In this document: in pieces, positions 17,890-27,670 of the stretch
Position numbering within the stretch: the first letter of the stretch is position 1
Layout of the letters: each line of letters opens with the position of its first letter
Made by a program: the position numbers and the translations under genes
Sequence record: DRR723986_5550
Length of the DNA: 59,920 nt
Direction: 5' to 3' (one strand)
Notes under the pieces: model-generated
Databases searched by the model: none
Told to the model about the DNA's origin: nothing
Seen by the model: the letters and a program-made list of their open reading frames with translations, nothing else

Positions 17890-19416
17890 ATGGCGAGAAA
17901 CATTCCATTGCTGGATGCATCCTGGCTGTATGTTGAATCAAAAGAAGCGCCCATGCATGTGGGCAGCATGGCAATTTTCACAGTGCCAGAGGGCGAGACC
18001 ACCCAACAAGCCATTGGCCGGATCGTTCAGTTGCTCAGGAATTCCGTCGAGTTCGCACCGCCCTTCAATTACCGTTTGTCCAGCCCCCGCTTGCTAACCT
18101 TGATGCCCAAGTGGATTGAGGCTGACAAAATTGATCTGGATTATCACTTCCGTCACAGTGCTTTGCCCGCACCGGGTGGTGAGCGCGAATTGGGTACCCT
18201 GATTTCTCGTCTGCATTCTCATCCGCTTGATTTCCGAAAACCGCTGTGGGAAATGCATTTGATTGAAGGGCTCTACGGCAATCGTTTCGCCTTGTACACC
18301 AAAATGCACCATTCCCTGATGGACGGTGTGGGTGGTATGCGCTTGATGGAGCGTATTTTCGGCAAGTCTGCGAAAGAAAGCATGAACCTGCCCGCCCCTT
18401 GGTCTGTGGGCACGATCAGCCGAAAGAAAAAGAATTCTGAGCCACAGCACTTTGCTGACCAGGCTCGGGAAGCTTGGGAGGCTGCCAAGCTCAGTGGGCA
18501 ATCTTTGCCCGCCGCAGGTCGTGCCCTCATGGATCTAATGCGGGAAGCAGTCAAGCCAACCGACCCGGCTTTGGCCACACCGTTTTCAGGTCCGAAATCA
18601 ATTGTGAACAAACGCGTGGGTGGCGCACGCCGACTGGCCACTCAAACATACCCGCTGGAGCGTATTCGCGCCGTGGCCGAGGCCGCCAAGGTAAGTGTGA
18701 ACGATATTTTTCTGGCCATTTGCTCGAGTTCTATCCGTCGCTATTTGCTGGAACGCGATGCCTTGCCTTCGGAGTCATTGACTGCCGGTTTGCCCGTGTC
18801 CGTGCGCCCGGCCGACGATTTGGATGGAGGCAACGCGATCAGTTTTATCATCGCTAACCTCTACACCACGGAAAGCGACCCTTTGACACGCCTGAAGGAA
18901 ATTCGGCGTTCGACTCAATTGGCCAAGGCCAATTTGCAGGCCATGCCCAAAGAAGCGATCAACAACTACACCATCATGTTGATGGCGCCAATGATGTTGC
19001 AACTGGTGTCGGGTTTGGGTGGTTTGACACGCCCGATTTTTAATACAGTAATTTCAAACGTACCGGGCCCCTCACGTGACTTGTATTTTTCGGGTTGTCG
19101 TTTGGAACAGTTTTATCCAATCTCATTGATTCCTCACGGGCAGGCTTTAAACATCACGGTGGTCAGTTACTCGGGCCAGTTCAATGTGGCGTTTACGGGT
19201 GATCACGATGCCTTGCCTTCGATGCAGCGCTTGTCGGTATACACCGGCGAGGCCTTGGAGGAACTTGAGGCTGCTTTGGGCGTGACGTGGGAAAGCAAGA
19301 AGGCTGCTGAACCTGTTGCAGCAAGCAAGGCGGCTGCTAAAACTGCAACTGAAAAACGACCCGCAGCGGCGAAGAAGCCTGCTGCGCGAAAGCCGGTGAA
19401 AGCGCCTGAAGATTGA
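17890..19416 (+). CDS. Wax ester synthase/diacylglycerol acyltransferase (WS/DGAT)
   Basis: PMHVG, LDYH, PLWEMH, catalytic HHSLMDG, SNVPGP; Lys/Ala-rich tail. Confidence 0.95.
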   Translation: MARNIPLLDASWLYVESKEAPMHVGSMAIFTVPEGETTQQAIGRIVQLLRNSVEFAPPFNYRLSSPRLLTLMPKWIEADKIDLDYHFRHSALPAPGGERELGTLISRLHSHPLDFRKPLWEMHLIEGLYGNRFALYTKMHHSLMDGVGGMRLMERIFGKSAKESMNLPAPWSVGTISRKKKNSEPQHFADQAREAWEAAKLSGQSLPAAGRALMDLMREAVKPTDPALATPFSGPKSIVNKRVGGARRLATQTYPLERIRAVAEAAKVSVNDIFLAICSSSIRRYLLERDALPSESLTAGLPVSVRPADDLDGGNAISFIIANLYTTESDPLTRLKEIRRSTQLAKANLQAMPKEAINNYTIMLMAPMMLQLVSGLGGLTRPIFNTVISNVPGPSRDLYFSGCRLEQFYPISLIPHGQALNITVVSYSGQFNVAFTGDHDALPSMQRLSVYTGEALEELEAALGVTWESKKAAEPVAASKAAAKTATEKRPAAAKKPAARKPVKAPED

Positions 19417-19728
19417 TTGGTGCGCTGCGCTTGCTGTCGCTAAATCGTCGCGCACGTTATCGCTTAATCAGCGCGCCTCCCAATGCGTTCGCCAGAAAAC
19501 CTGTATTTCCCTTTTTGAAATTCACACTGACTCACCAGGCTTGGCTAAACAGATGGCCAAGCCTTGGTGTCAGCCTGCGGCTGACCGTGGCGTGTGAACT
19601 CAAAAAGGGATTAAGCGGTTTTCAGTGCGGAATCGGGCAACCCCGGCGAGTTGGCTATGAAACTAGCAACCCCGACGAGGTGGTGAAAGACCCAGCCCGC
19701 TTTGCCAAGGAGATCGGAAACCGATTGC
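19417..19728. other. Highly structured intergenic region (candidate ncRNA or miniature element)
   Basis: Nested inverted repeats 19508-19610, outer stem 19613-19702, direct repeat GCAACCCCGRCGAG, hairpin 19713-19725. Confidence 0.5.
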
Positions 19729-20784
19729 CTACAGCAAATCGCCTTGCTGCGAATTTGCTGCATGCGTGCCCGCCAAACTGGCCGGTGCAGTTAAGCCAAA
19801 ATGGGCATAGGTATTCAAGGTGGCAATGCGGCCGCGGGGGGTGCGTTGAATGTAGCCCTGCTGAATCAAATAGGGCTCCAGCACATCTTCAATGGTGTCT
19901 TTTTCTTCCCCGATCGCAGCAGCCACGCTTTCAAGCCCCACTGGCCCGCCTCCAAATTTGTGGATGATCGTTTCCAGCAATCGGCGATCCATGGGATCCA
20001 GTCCCACTTTGTCCACATCGAGCATGGTGAGTGCCGCATCGGCCACATCAGCGGTAATGACACCATCCGCTTTCACTTGGGCGTAATCCCGTACACGGCG
20101 CAGTAGACGGTTGGCGATGCGTGGCGTGCCGCGTGAACGCTTTGCAATTTCCAGGCAACCACCCGCCTCAGCGGGTGTTTCAAGGAGGTTCGCAGAGCGG
20201 GCGACGATTCGCGACAACTCCTCTGGGGTATAAAACTCAAGCCTGGATACGATGCCGAAGCGGTCACGCAAAGGATTGGTCAACATGCCTGCTCTGGTGG
20301 TGGCACCCACCAGTGTGAATGGCTGCAAATCAAGTTTGACACTCCGGGCCGCAGGACCTTCGCCAATCATGATGTCGATTTGATAGTCTTCCAGCGCAGG
20401 GTACAAAATTTCTTCGACCACTGGTGAAAGCCTGTGAATTTCGTCGATGAACAACACATCGTTGGCTTCAAGGTTGGTCAGCAATGCCGCCAAATCACCC
20501 GGGCGTTCAAGTACCGGGCCAGAGGTTTGGCGCAGGTTGACACCCATTTCACGGGCCAGAATGTGGGCCAGAGTGGTTTTACCCAAACCCGGTGGGCCGA
20601 ACAGCAGCACATGATCCAGCGCTTCTTTGCGCGCGCGGGCCGCTGCGATAAAAATATCAAGTTGATCGCGAATTTTCTGTTGCCCTACATATTCGTCCAG
20701 ATGCTTTGGGCGCAACGCGCGTTCAAAGGCATCCTCAGCAGGAGTTGTTTTGCTTGGGCTGATGAGGCGATCGGGTTCAATCAT
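19729..20784 (-). CDS. ruvB: Holliday junction branch migration helicase RuvB
   Basis: [40 protein letters not shown]. Confidence 0.98.
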   Translation of the reverse strand: MIEPDRLISPSKTTPAEDAFERALRPKHLDEYVGQQKIRDQLDIFIAAARARKEALDHVLLFGPPGLGKTTLAHILAREMGVNLRQTSGPVLERPGDLAALLTNLEANDVLFIDEIHRLSPVVEEILYPALEDYQIDIMIGEGPAARSVKLDLQPFTLVGATTRAGMLTNPLRDRFGIVSRLEFYTPEELSRIVARSANLLETPAEAGGCLEIAKRSRGTPRIANRLLRRVRDYAQVKADGVITADVADAALTMLDVDKVGLDPMDRRLLETIIHKFGGGPVGLESVAAAIGEEKDTIEDVLEPYLIQQGYIQRTPRGRIATLNTYAHFGLTAPASLAGTHAANSQQGDLL

Positions 20785-20799
20785 CGTGAGTTGTCTCGC

Positions 20800-21390
20800 T
20801 TAGCCTTTTGACAAATTGCGCAAGGCCAGTTTCAGGCCGTCTGTAACACTGGTCTCTTCGGGCAGGCCCTTGCAGGCCAGTGCGGCTTCTTTGTCAGAAT
20901 AACCCAAGGCACACAGGGCCTGAACAATTTCGCTTTGATTGCCGCCGGGCAATGGCATTCCCTCTGCAATGTTGGCCGTTCCACCCAGCGCTACGATCTG
21001 ACCTTTCAACTCGAGCAGCAAACGTTCCGCGGTCTTTTTGCCAATACCGGGAATTTTCACCAAACGGGCTGTTTCCTGACTTTGCACTGCCAACAGAAAG
21101 TCGTTGGTGGAAATGGAAGACAGAATTGCAAGCGCAGTTCGAGGCCCAATGCCAGATACCTTGATCAAGGTTTTGAACAGGTTTTTCTCAGCGATATTTT
21201 GAAAGCCGTACAGGGTGTGAGCGTCTTCGCGCACCACAAGGTGGGTGAGCAGTGTGCAGTTGCCGTTGATTTCCGGCAGGTTGAACAGTGTGCTCATGGG
21301 CACCTGCAGCTCATAGCCTACGCCTTGGACATCGACCAGAATCCAGGGTGCATTTTTTTCCAGCAAAATGCCTTTCATGCGACCAATCAT
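20800..21390 (-). CDS. ruvA: Holliday junction branch migration protein RuvA
   Basis: [29 protein letters not shown]. Confidence 0.98.
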   Translation of the reverse strand: MIGRMKGILLEKNAPWILVDVQGVGYELQVPMSTLFNLPEINGNCTLLTHLVVREDAHTLYGFQNIAEKNLFKTLIKVSGIGPRTALAILSSISTNDFLLAVQSQETARLVKIPGIGKKTAERLLLELKGQIVALGGTANIAEGMPLPGGNQSEIVQALCALGYSDKEAALACKGLPEETSVTDGLKLALRNLSKG

Positions 21391-21452
21391 TGCAGTTTCT
21401 CCACACTGTTCATAATCACAGTAAACTGAATTTGATTATACGCCAAGCGAAG

Positions 21453-22001
21453 TCATTTCCAGCTCGTGCGGCCCTTTCGGGTGCGGGTTTTGAAAATACT
21501 GGTAGGCAAATCTTTATTGGCCAGTGCGCCCAACAGCCTGCTGCTTTGTGCATGGGTTAATGCTGCTGCCAAGGCGTCGGCCGCATCCGCAGATGGGTGG
21601 GCAGGCAGTTTCAGCAAACGCTTCACCATTTCCTGTACTTGTTCCTTGTTGGCTTTGCCATGCCCAACAATTGCCTGTTTGATTTGCAACGCCGTGTATT
21701 CGGTGACTGCCAAGCCGCTGTGGGTCAGTGCGGTCAGCACAGCACCTCGTGCTTGCCCCAACAGCAGAGTTGATTGGGGGTTCACGTTCACAAATACTTT
21801 TTCAACCACTGCGACGGTTGGCTTGTATAACTCAGACAACTCGCACAAACCGGAAAACAAGGTGTGCAAACGGTCAGGGAGGGAGGCCTCGGAATTGGAA
21901 CGGATCACACCACTGGCCACGTAAATTTGCTGGCTTTCAATGATGTCGACCACACCGTAACCTGTGATGCGCAGGCCTGGGTCTATGCCAAGTATGCGCA
22001 T
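21453..22001 (-). CDS. ruvC: Holliday junction resolvase RuvC
   Basis: [20 protein letters not shown]. Confidence 0.98.
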   Translation of the reverse strand: MRILGIDPGLRITGYGVVDIIESQQIYVASGVIRSNSEASLPDRLHTLFSGLCELSELYKPTVAVVEKVFVNVNPQSTLLLGQARGAVLTALTHSGLAVTEYTALQIKQAIVGHGKANKEQVQEMVKRLLKLPAHPSADAADALAAALTHAQSSRLLGALANKDLPTSIFKTRTRKGRTSWK

Positions 22002-22028
22002 CACAGCTGGGTGTGTGAGGTGTTGAAA

Positions 22029-23621
22029 TTAATGGCGGAAATGGCGCACACCAGTGAGCACCATCACGATGTCGCGCTCATTGGCTGCGGCGATCACTTC
22101 ATCATCCCGCATCGAGCCACCGGGCTGAATCACGCAGCTTGCGCCAGCGTCAACTACGACATCCAAACCATCGCGGAAGGGGAAGAATGCATCGGATGCA
22201 ACAGCGCTGTCGGCCAGAGTCAGGCCCGCGTTTTGTGCTTTGATGGATGCGATGCGTGCTGAATCAACGCGGCTCATCTGGCCAGCGCCAACACCCATGG
22301 TCATGCCGTCTTTGCAGAATACGATTGCATTGCTCTTTACAAACTTGGCGCAGCGCCATGCAAACATCAAATCTGACCATTGTTGCTCGGTAGGCTGGCG
22401 TTTGCTGACCACTTTAATTTCACTTTGCTGCACGTTGCGTTCATCGGGGCTTTGCACCAGCAAGCCGCCACCCACACGTTTGTAATCAAACTTGTGCATG
22501 CCGGTCTCGACTGGAATTTCAAGCAATCGAACGTTTTGCTTGGCAAAAAATACTGCGCGGGCAGCTTCATCGAATGAAGGCGCAATCACCACTTCGACAA
22601 ACTGTTTGGCCACAGCTTGCGCGGTGGCTTCATCGACTGGACGGTTAAAGGCAATGATGCCGCCAAAGGCAGAAGTGGGATCTGTTTTGAAAGCCTTGTG
22701 ATAGGCATTCAATGTGCTTTCAGCCACAGCGACGCCGCAGGGATTCGCGTGCTTGATGATGACGCAGGCCGGTGCCTCAAAAGTTTTGACACATTCCCAG
22801 GCGGCATCGGAATCGGCAATGTTGTTGAAGCTCAATTCTTTGCCTTGCAACTGGCGGTAGTTCGCCAGCAAACCCACGGGCGCCTTGGCTTCGCGGTAAA
22901 AAGCAGCGCTTTGGTGCGGGTTTTCGCCGTAGCGCATGTCTTGCACCTTGTGAAATTGCATCGAGAGTACTTCAGGATACTCAATTCGAGCGGGAGTATC
23001 TTCGAGTGCCCCTTCCGTGCCTTCCAGACTGGTCAGGAATGCAGCAATCGCACCGTCGTAACGGGCGGTGTGCGCATAGGCTTTCGCTGCCAAACCACTG
23101 CGGGTTTTCAGTGTGGTCGATCCGTCATTGCTTTTGATTTCATCGATGACTTTGCCGTAATCGGCTGGGTCAACAATGATGGTCACGCCAGTGTAGTTTT
23201 TGGCAGAAGCACGCACCATCGCCGGGCCGCCGATGTCGATGTTCTCGATCGCATCTTCCAGTTTCACATTGTCACCAGCGGTGGCTTTGTCGAATGGGTA
23301 CAGGTTTACTGCTACCAAATCGATTGCGCCGATGCCGTGCTCTTCCATGGCATCCAGATGGCTTTGCAAATCGCGTCGCGCCAATATGCCACCGTGAATT
23401 TTCGGGTGCAGCGTTTTTACACGACCATCCATAATTTCCGGGAACCCGGTGTGACTGCTCACTTCCTTCACGACCAAGCCTTTTTCAGCCAGCAGTTTGG
23501 CAGTTCCGCCAGTGGATAGAATTTCCACGCCGCGTTCGGCCAATGCTTTGGCCAGTTCAAGAATGCCGGTTTTGTCGGATACGCTGAGCAGCGCACGTTT
23601 GATGGTTGGATTTGATGTCAT
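22029..23621 (-). CDS. purH: Bifunctional AICAR transformylase/IMP cyclohydrolase
   Basis: [38 protein letters not shown]. Confidence 0.98.
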   Translation of the reverse strand: MTSNPTIKRALLSVSDKTGILELAKALAERGVEILSTGGTAKLLAEKGLVVKEVSSHTGFPEIMDGRVKTLHPKIHGGILARRDLQSHLDAMEEHGIGAIDLVAVNLYPFDKATAGDNVKLEDAIENIDIGGPAMVRASAKNYTGVTIIVDPADYGKVIDEIKSNDGSTTLKTRSGLAAKAYAHTARYDGAIAAFLTSLEGTEGALEDTPARIEYPEVLSMQFHKVQDMRYGENPHQSAAFYREAKAPVGLLANYRQLQGKELSFNNIADSDAAWECVKTFEAPACVIIKHANPCGVAVAESTLNAYHKAFKTDPTSAFGGIIAFNRPVDEATAQAVAKQFVEVVIAPSFDEAARAVFFAKQNVRLLEIPVETGMHKFDYKRVGGGLLVQSPDERNVQQSEIKVVSKRQPTEQQWSDLMFAWRCAKFVKSNAIVFCKDGMTMGVGAGQMSRVDSARIASIKAQNAGLTLADSAVASDAFFPFRDGLDVVVDAGASCVIQPGGSMRDDEVIAAANERDIVMVLTGVRHFRH

Positions 23622-23663
23622 GGTTTCATGTGCCGGTTTTTATGCGGCTGGAAAAATAAAAAA

Positions 23664-23918
23664 TCAGATGAGGCCGTGTTGCTGCAGTTTCTTGCGCAGT
23701 GTGTTGCGATTGATGCCCAACATTTGGCTTGCAATGGTTTGGTTCATATTGGCTTTTTCCATGACCACTTCAAGCATGGGGCGTTCCACCGCAGACAACA
23801 CCATGTCGTAAACCGACTTGGCACATTCACCCTCAAGGTCGTCGAAGAACTTGTCCAGGTTGCTGCGGATGCACTCGGATATGGTGATGGGGCTTAGATC
23901 ACTGTCATTGGGTTTCAT
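23664..23918 (-). CDS. fis: Fis family DNA-binding protein
   Basis: NQTIASQMLGINRNTLRKKL; between dusB and purH. Confidence 0.93.
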   Translation of the reverse strand: MKPNDSDLSPITISECIRSNLDKFFDDLEGECAKSVYDMVLSAVERPMLEVVMEKANMNQTIASQMLGINRNTLRKKLQQHGLI

Positions 23919-24964
23919 GCTGCCAATCTTCTTGTTTGTGTTGGTTGGAGTGAATCGTTTGCAGCGGCGAAGTACTGCTGGCCGCTTGATAACCAGTTCA
24001 GAAAAAATTCATCAACAATGCGCAACTGTTCGCTTGTGGTTTGCGCCAACATCAGTTGGTCGACCACGCTGTTGTTTTTTCCGGCTGGGCCGCAAAGATA
24101 CCATTGCAAATGCTTTCGGGCGGTGAGCATGCCCGTTTTCTCTCCATAAAATTCGTGATGATCACGCAGGTGATGCATCATGACTTCATGGGCTTCTTGC
24201 AGTGTGGGTGGATTGAGGTGTTCACCCGTTTTCAGGTAATGCAGTACTTCTCTAAAAATCCAGGGATTGCCTTGGGCTGCCCGGCCTATCATCAGACCGT
24301 CTGCGCCCGTGTACTCCAGCACGTGTTTTGCCTTCTCAGGGCTGGTGATGTCGCCATTGGCTATGACCGGAATATTGACTGCCTGTTTCACGGCCTTGAT
24401 GGTGTCGTACTCGGCGTCACCTGTGTACCCACAGGCGCGGGTGCGGCCATGAAGCGTGAGAAGGGAAATGCCAATAGACTCCGCCATTTGCGCAATGTGA
24501 ATGGCATTCTTGTGTTCTGGTGACCAACCTGTGCGGTACTTCAGGGTAAGTGGTACGCCGCGTTGTTCGCATTCAGCGTGTACAGCTTTCAAGATTTGCT
24601 CGACCAAACTTTCGTTTTGCAACAGGGCTGAACCTGCCGCGACTGCACACACTTTTTTGGCGGGACAGCCCATATTGATGTCGATGATTTGTGCGCCGCG
24701 TTCAATGTTGTAGGCAGCGGCATGCGCCATCATTTCCGGGTCGGCCCCTGCAATTTGTACTGCGATGGGTTTGGTTTCGCCATAGTGGTTCAACCTGCGC
24801 GTGCTTTTGTCAGTTTTCCACAAAGCGGGGTTGCTTGCGGCCATTTCCGACACAGCATGTCCCGCGCCCAGTTTTTTGCATAACTGGCGAAAGGGGCGAT
24901 CTGTCACGCCGGCCATTGGGGCCAAGAACAGATTATTTGGAAGTGTTAAATGAGCAATGCGCAC
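23915..24964 (-). CDS. dusB: tRNA-dihydrouridine synthase B
   Basis: LAPMAGVTD, DINMGCPAKKV, HGRTR, MIGRAAQGNPW; GTG start assumed. Confidence 0.96.
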   Translation of the reverse strand: MRIAHLTLPNNLFLAPMAGVTDRPFRQLCKKLGAGHAVSEMAASNPALWKTDKSTRRLNHYGETKPIAVQIAGADPEMMAHAAAYNIERGAQIIDINMGCPAKKVCAVAAGSALLQNESLVEQILKAVHAECEQRGVPLTLKYRTGWSPEHKNAIHIAQMAESIGISLLTLHGRTRACGYTGDAEYDTIKAVKQAVNIPVIANGDITSPEKAKHVLEYTGADGLMIGRAAQGNPWIFREVLHYLKTGEHLNPPTLQEAHEVMMHHLRDHHEFYGEKTGMLTARKHLQWYLCGPAGKNNSVVDQLMLAQTTSEQLRIVDEFFLNWLSSGQQYFAAANDSLQPTQTRRLAA

Positions 24965-25136
24965 GTTGCACAAAATTTAAGCAAATTTCGAGCAGCCCAT
25001 TGTAACGGGCGGTGAAATTTTATTCGACCCTAAAACAGGAAAAAAACGGAAATTTTTTACTTGACTTCTGTTTGTCAAAGTGGGCGGTAAGGCCTTGCTT
25101 GCCATGAGGGCAAACAAGGTTTTTGAACACCTTCAA

Positions 25137-25529
25137 TTATGCAGGCTTTGATACCTGAATCAACTCGATTTTGTAACCGTCCGGGTCGGTCACAAATGCA
25201 ATCACCGTGTTTCCACCTTTCACCGGGCCTGCTGCACGCGTTACGTTCCCGCCAGCTTCTGTGATGCGTTCGCACTGCGCATAAGCATCCTCCACTGCAA
25301 TTGCAATATGCCCGTATGCAGTGCCCAGCTCATAGCTGCTAACGCCGTGGTTGTAGGTCAGTTCAAGCACTGCACCGTCCAGTTCGCTGCCATAGCCCAC
25401 AAAGGCCAGTGAGTAGCCTTGATCAGCCCGTTCAGTGGTGCGAATCACCTGCATACCCATGACCCTGGTGTAGAAGTCAATAGAGCGCTGAAGATCGCCA
25501 ACGCGCAGCATGGTGTGAAGAATTCTCAT
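25137..25529 (-). CDS. gloA: Lactoylglutathione lyase (glyoxalase I)
   Basis: [31 protein letters not shown]. Confidence 0.96.
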   Translation of the reverse strand: MRILHTMLRVGDLQRSIDFYTRVMGMQVIRTTERADQGYSLAFVGYGSELDGAVLELTYNHGVSSYELGTAYGHIAIAVEDAYAQCERITEAGGNVTRAAGPVKGGNTVIAFVTDPDGYKIELIQVSKPA

Positions 25530-26281
25530 AACACGGGTACCTCAGCGGGATTCATTTTTGACAGTAATTTGTGCGGTTCCTGATAGCCGGGCATCAGGCT
25601 TTCAACCACAGCCCAAAAGCGTGCGCTGTGATTCATTTCAACCAGATGAGCCAGTTCGTGAGCAATGACATACTCGATCATTTGCGGTGGATAGTGTACC
25701 AGGCGCCAGTTCAGGCGAACTTCCCGGCGGCTGTTGCAACTGCCCCAACGCGAACTCGGGCTGCTCAAATGAATTGAAAAGTTGGGCAAACGTTGCGCTG
25801 TGGTTTGACGGTCAACCAACTTGGAGGCCATGTGTGTAAACACCTCTTTGGCATGCGCCTTCAGTACTTTTTCGATGATTTTGTCGCGTTGCGCCGCACT
25901 GTCGCAGGTTGGCACAGCGATGCTTTTTGTCCAAGGGTTTAGCAGGGCTTTGCTTCGCGCCGGCAGGGTTTCCAAATGGTAGGCTTCGCCTCGAATTGGA
26001 ATGGGCTTGCCTTCCTCGAGCAAGGTAGACAGAGAAACGGTTTGTTTGCTGCGGGTTTCCCATTGCCTTAACCGTTGCTCAATCCACGTCGATTTGCTGG
26101 CAATGATATTGTGCAGTTCTGTGATGGACAGGCGCAGTGGTGCCGAGATTTGCAAACCATGGTCGCCGATCAGGAAACCAACCGATTTGCGTTTGCTGCG
26201 TTTCAAGATGTAGCTGCAAACTCCCCACGGCAGTTCAATGCTCCGAACTTCAGTGGGGTTGGGTGCTGCTGAGAAACGCAT
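25526..26281 (-). CDS. YgjP/DUF45 family zinc metallopeptidase-like protein
   Basis: RSKRKS, RWGSC, HELAHL (HExxH), NHSARFW. Confidence 0.9.
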   Translation of the reverse strand: MRFSAAPNPTEVRSIELPWGVCSYILKRSKRKSVGFLIGDHGLQISAPLRLSITELHNIIASKSTWIEQRLRQWETRSKQTVSLSTLLEEGKPIPIRGEAYHLETLPARSKALLNPWTKSIAVPTCDSAAQRDKIIEKVLKAHAKEVFTHMASKLVDRQTTAQRLPNFSIHLSSPSSRWGSCNSRREVRLNWRLVHYPPQMIEYVIAHELAHLVEMNHSARFWAVVESLMPGYQEPHKLLSKMNPAEVPVL

Positions 26282-26284
26282 GTT

Positions 26285-27055
26285 TTACTTGTCGCCTTTG
26301 AGTACTAGTGGTGTGTCGTCGCTGGTGTAACGGTGAGGACTGATTTTGTGCATTTCACCTTCGATCCAGTTTTCAACCACCTGCATCAGGCTATCGGCAT
26401 CATGGCCCTCTGGCGAGATGGGTGGGCCAAATCGCAAGGTGACAGTACCCGCTTTTTTGAAGAAACCTTTGCGTTTCCAGTACTCTCCAGCATCATGCGC
26501 AACTGGCACGACGGGAGTACCGGTTGCGACGGCCAGCCGTGTTCCCCCGGTTTTATAGCGGCGTTTGTAACCCACAGGCACGCGCGTGCCTTCGGGAAAA
26601 AACATCATCCACGCACCTTCTTTCATGCGTTTGCCCGCCATGGTCTTTACCTGCTCGAATGCTTCAACACCATTCTTGCGATCGATCGGCACCATGCGCA
26701 ACACCCACAAAGCCCAGCCGAAGAATGGTACATACTGCAATTCTTTTTTGTACACCAGGCACAGTTGGCGCGGTAACAGGTTTGCCGGGATGCCGAAGGT
26801 TTCCCAAGCAGACTGATGCTTGGCCAGGATGATGGCGCCTGTGTTGGGCAGGTGCTCCATGCCTTCAACCTTGTACTGAATGTTGCACAGCAGGCGAAGC
26901 ATTTTAATATTCAATGCATTCCACCAACAGGCAAACACATACCTGTTGCGAATGGAAATGAAGGGGGAGACCAAAAGTAACAGCGTTGCGTGAATGGGTG
27001 TGTACACCACTACGTAAACAAAAAACAGGATAGAACCAATGAAGGATCTCACCAC
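26285..27055 (-). CDS. plsC: 1-acyl-sn-glycerol-3-phosphate acyltransferase
   Basis: KHQSAWET, FFPEGTR, PVVPVA. Confidence 0.92.
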   Translation of the reverse strand: MVRSFIGSILFFVYVVVYTPIHATLLLLVSPFISIRNRYVFACWWNALNIKMLRLLCNIQYKVEGMEHLPNTGAIILAKHQSAWETFGIPANLLPRQLCLVYKKELQYVPFFGWALWVLRMVPIDRKNGVEAFEQVKTMAGKRMKEGAWMMFFPEGTRVPVGYKRRYKTGGTRLAVATGTPVVPVAHDAGEYWKRKGFFKKAGTVTLRFGPPISPEGHDADSLMQVVENWIEGEMHKISPHRYTSDDTPLVLKGDK

Positions 27056-27079
27056 AAGCCTCCGAGCCAGTTTTAGTTG

Positions 27080-27643
27080 TTATCGGTTATTTGCGAATGG
27101 ATCGTCGGGCACCAAATGCTCGGCGACTTCAACCAGATTGTCGAACACCAAGGTGCCTTTGGGCAATTCGTCCTTGCTTTTTTCCAGTGTTTTTTTACCT
27201 TTGCCAGTTTTCACCAGAAAGGTGGTGCAACCCATGCTGGCACCAGCCTGTAGGTCGCGCAGTGAATCGCCCACACAGGGTACGCCTTCCAGATTGAAAC
27301 CGGTTCTTGCCTGAATTTCTTGAAACAAGCCAGGCTTGGGCTTGCGGCAGTTGCATTTGTCATCGGGACCATGTGGGCAAAAGAAAATACCCTCAATGTG
27401 CCCGCCAGCAACGCCCGCCAATTCATGCATTTTCTTGTGCATGGCCGAAAGGGTTTCAAGATCGAACATGCCGCGTGAAATGCCACTTTGATTGGTGGCC
27501 ACTACCACCCGAAAACCACCGCGATTCAATCGCGCTATGGCCTCCATGCTGCCAGGAATTGGAATCCACTCATCCACCGACTTGATGTACTCGTCCGAGT
27601 CTTCATTAATGACGCCATCCCGATCCAGCACGATGAGTTTCAT
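27080..27643 (-). CDS. gmhB: D-glycero-beta-D-manno-heptose 1,7-bisphosphate 7-phosphatase
   Basis: LDRDGVIN, TNQSG, CPH...CNCRKP, VGDSLRD. Confidence 0.95.
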   Translation of the reverse strand: MKLIVLDRDGVINEDSDEYIKSVDEWIPIPGSMEAIARLNRGGFRVVVATNQSGISRGMFDLETLSAMHKKMHELAGVAGGHIEGIFFCPHGPDDKCNCRKPKPGLFQEIQARTGFNLEGVPCVGDSLRDLQAGASMGCTTFLVKTGKGKKTLEKSKDELPKGTLVFDNLVEVAEHLVPDDPFANNR

Positions 27644-27670
27644 GAACTGTCCTTGCGTTGTGTTCTGGCT

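Noticed and set aside
19670-19700. Hammerhead ribozyme core (CCGACGAG...GAAA)
   Set aside because: Core U4 is C, no stem II before GAAA, and no stem III partner or cleavage triplet
19413-19967. 184-aa plus-strand ORF across the structured spacer
   Set aside because: No recognisable motifs, TTG start, and about 240 nt antisense to ruvB
23622-23663. ZMP/ZTP riboswitch upstream of purH
   Set aside because: Spacer is only 42 nt and lacks the conserved motif
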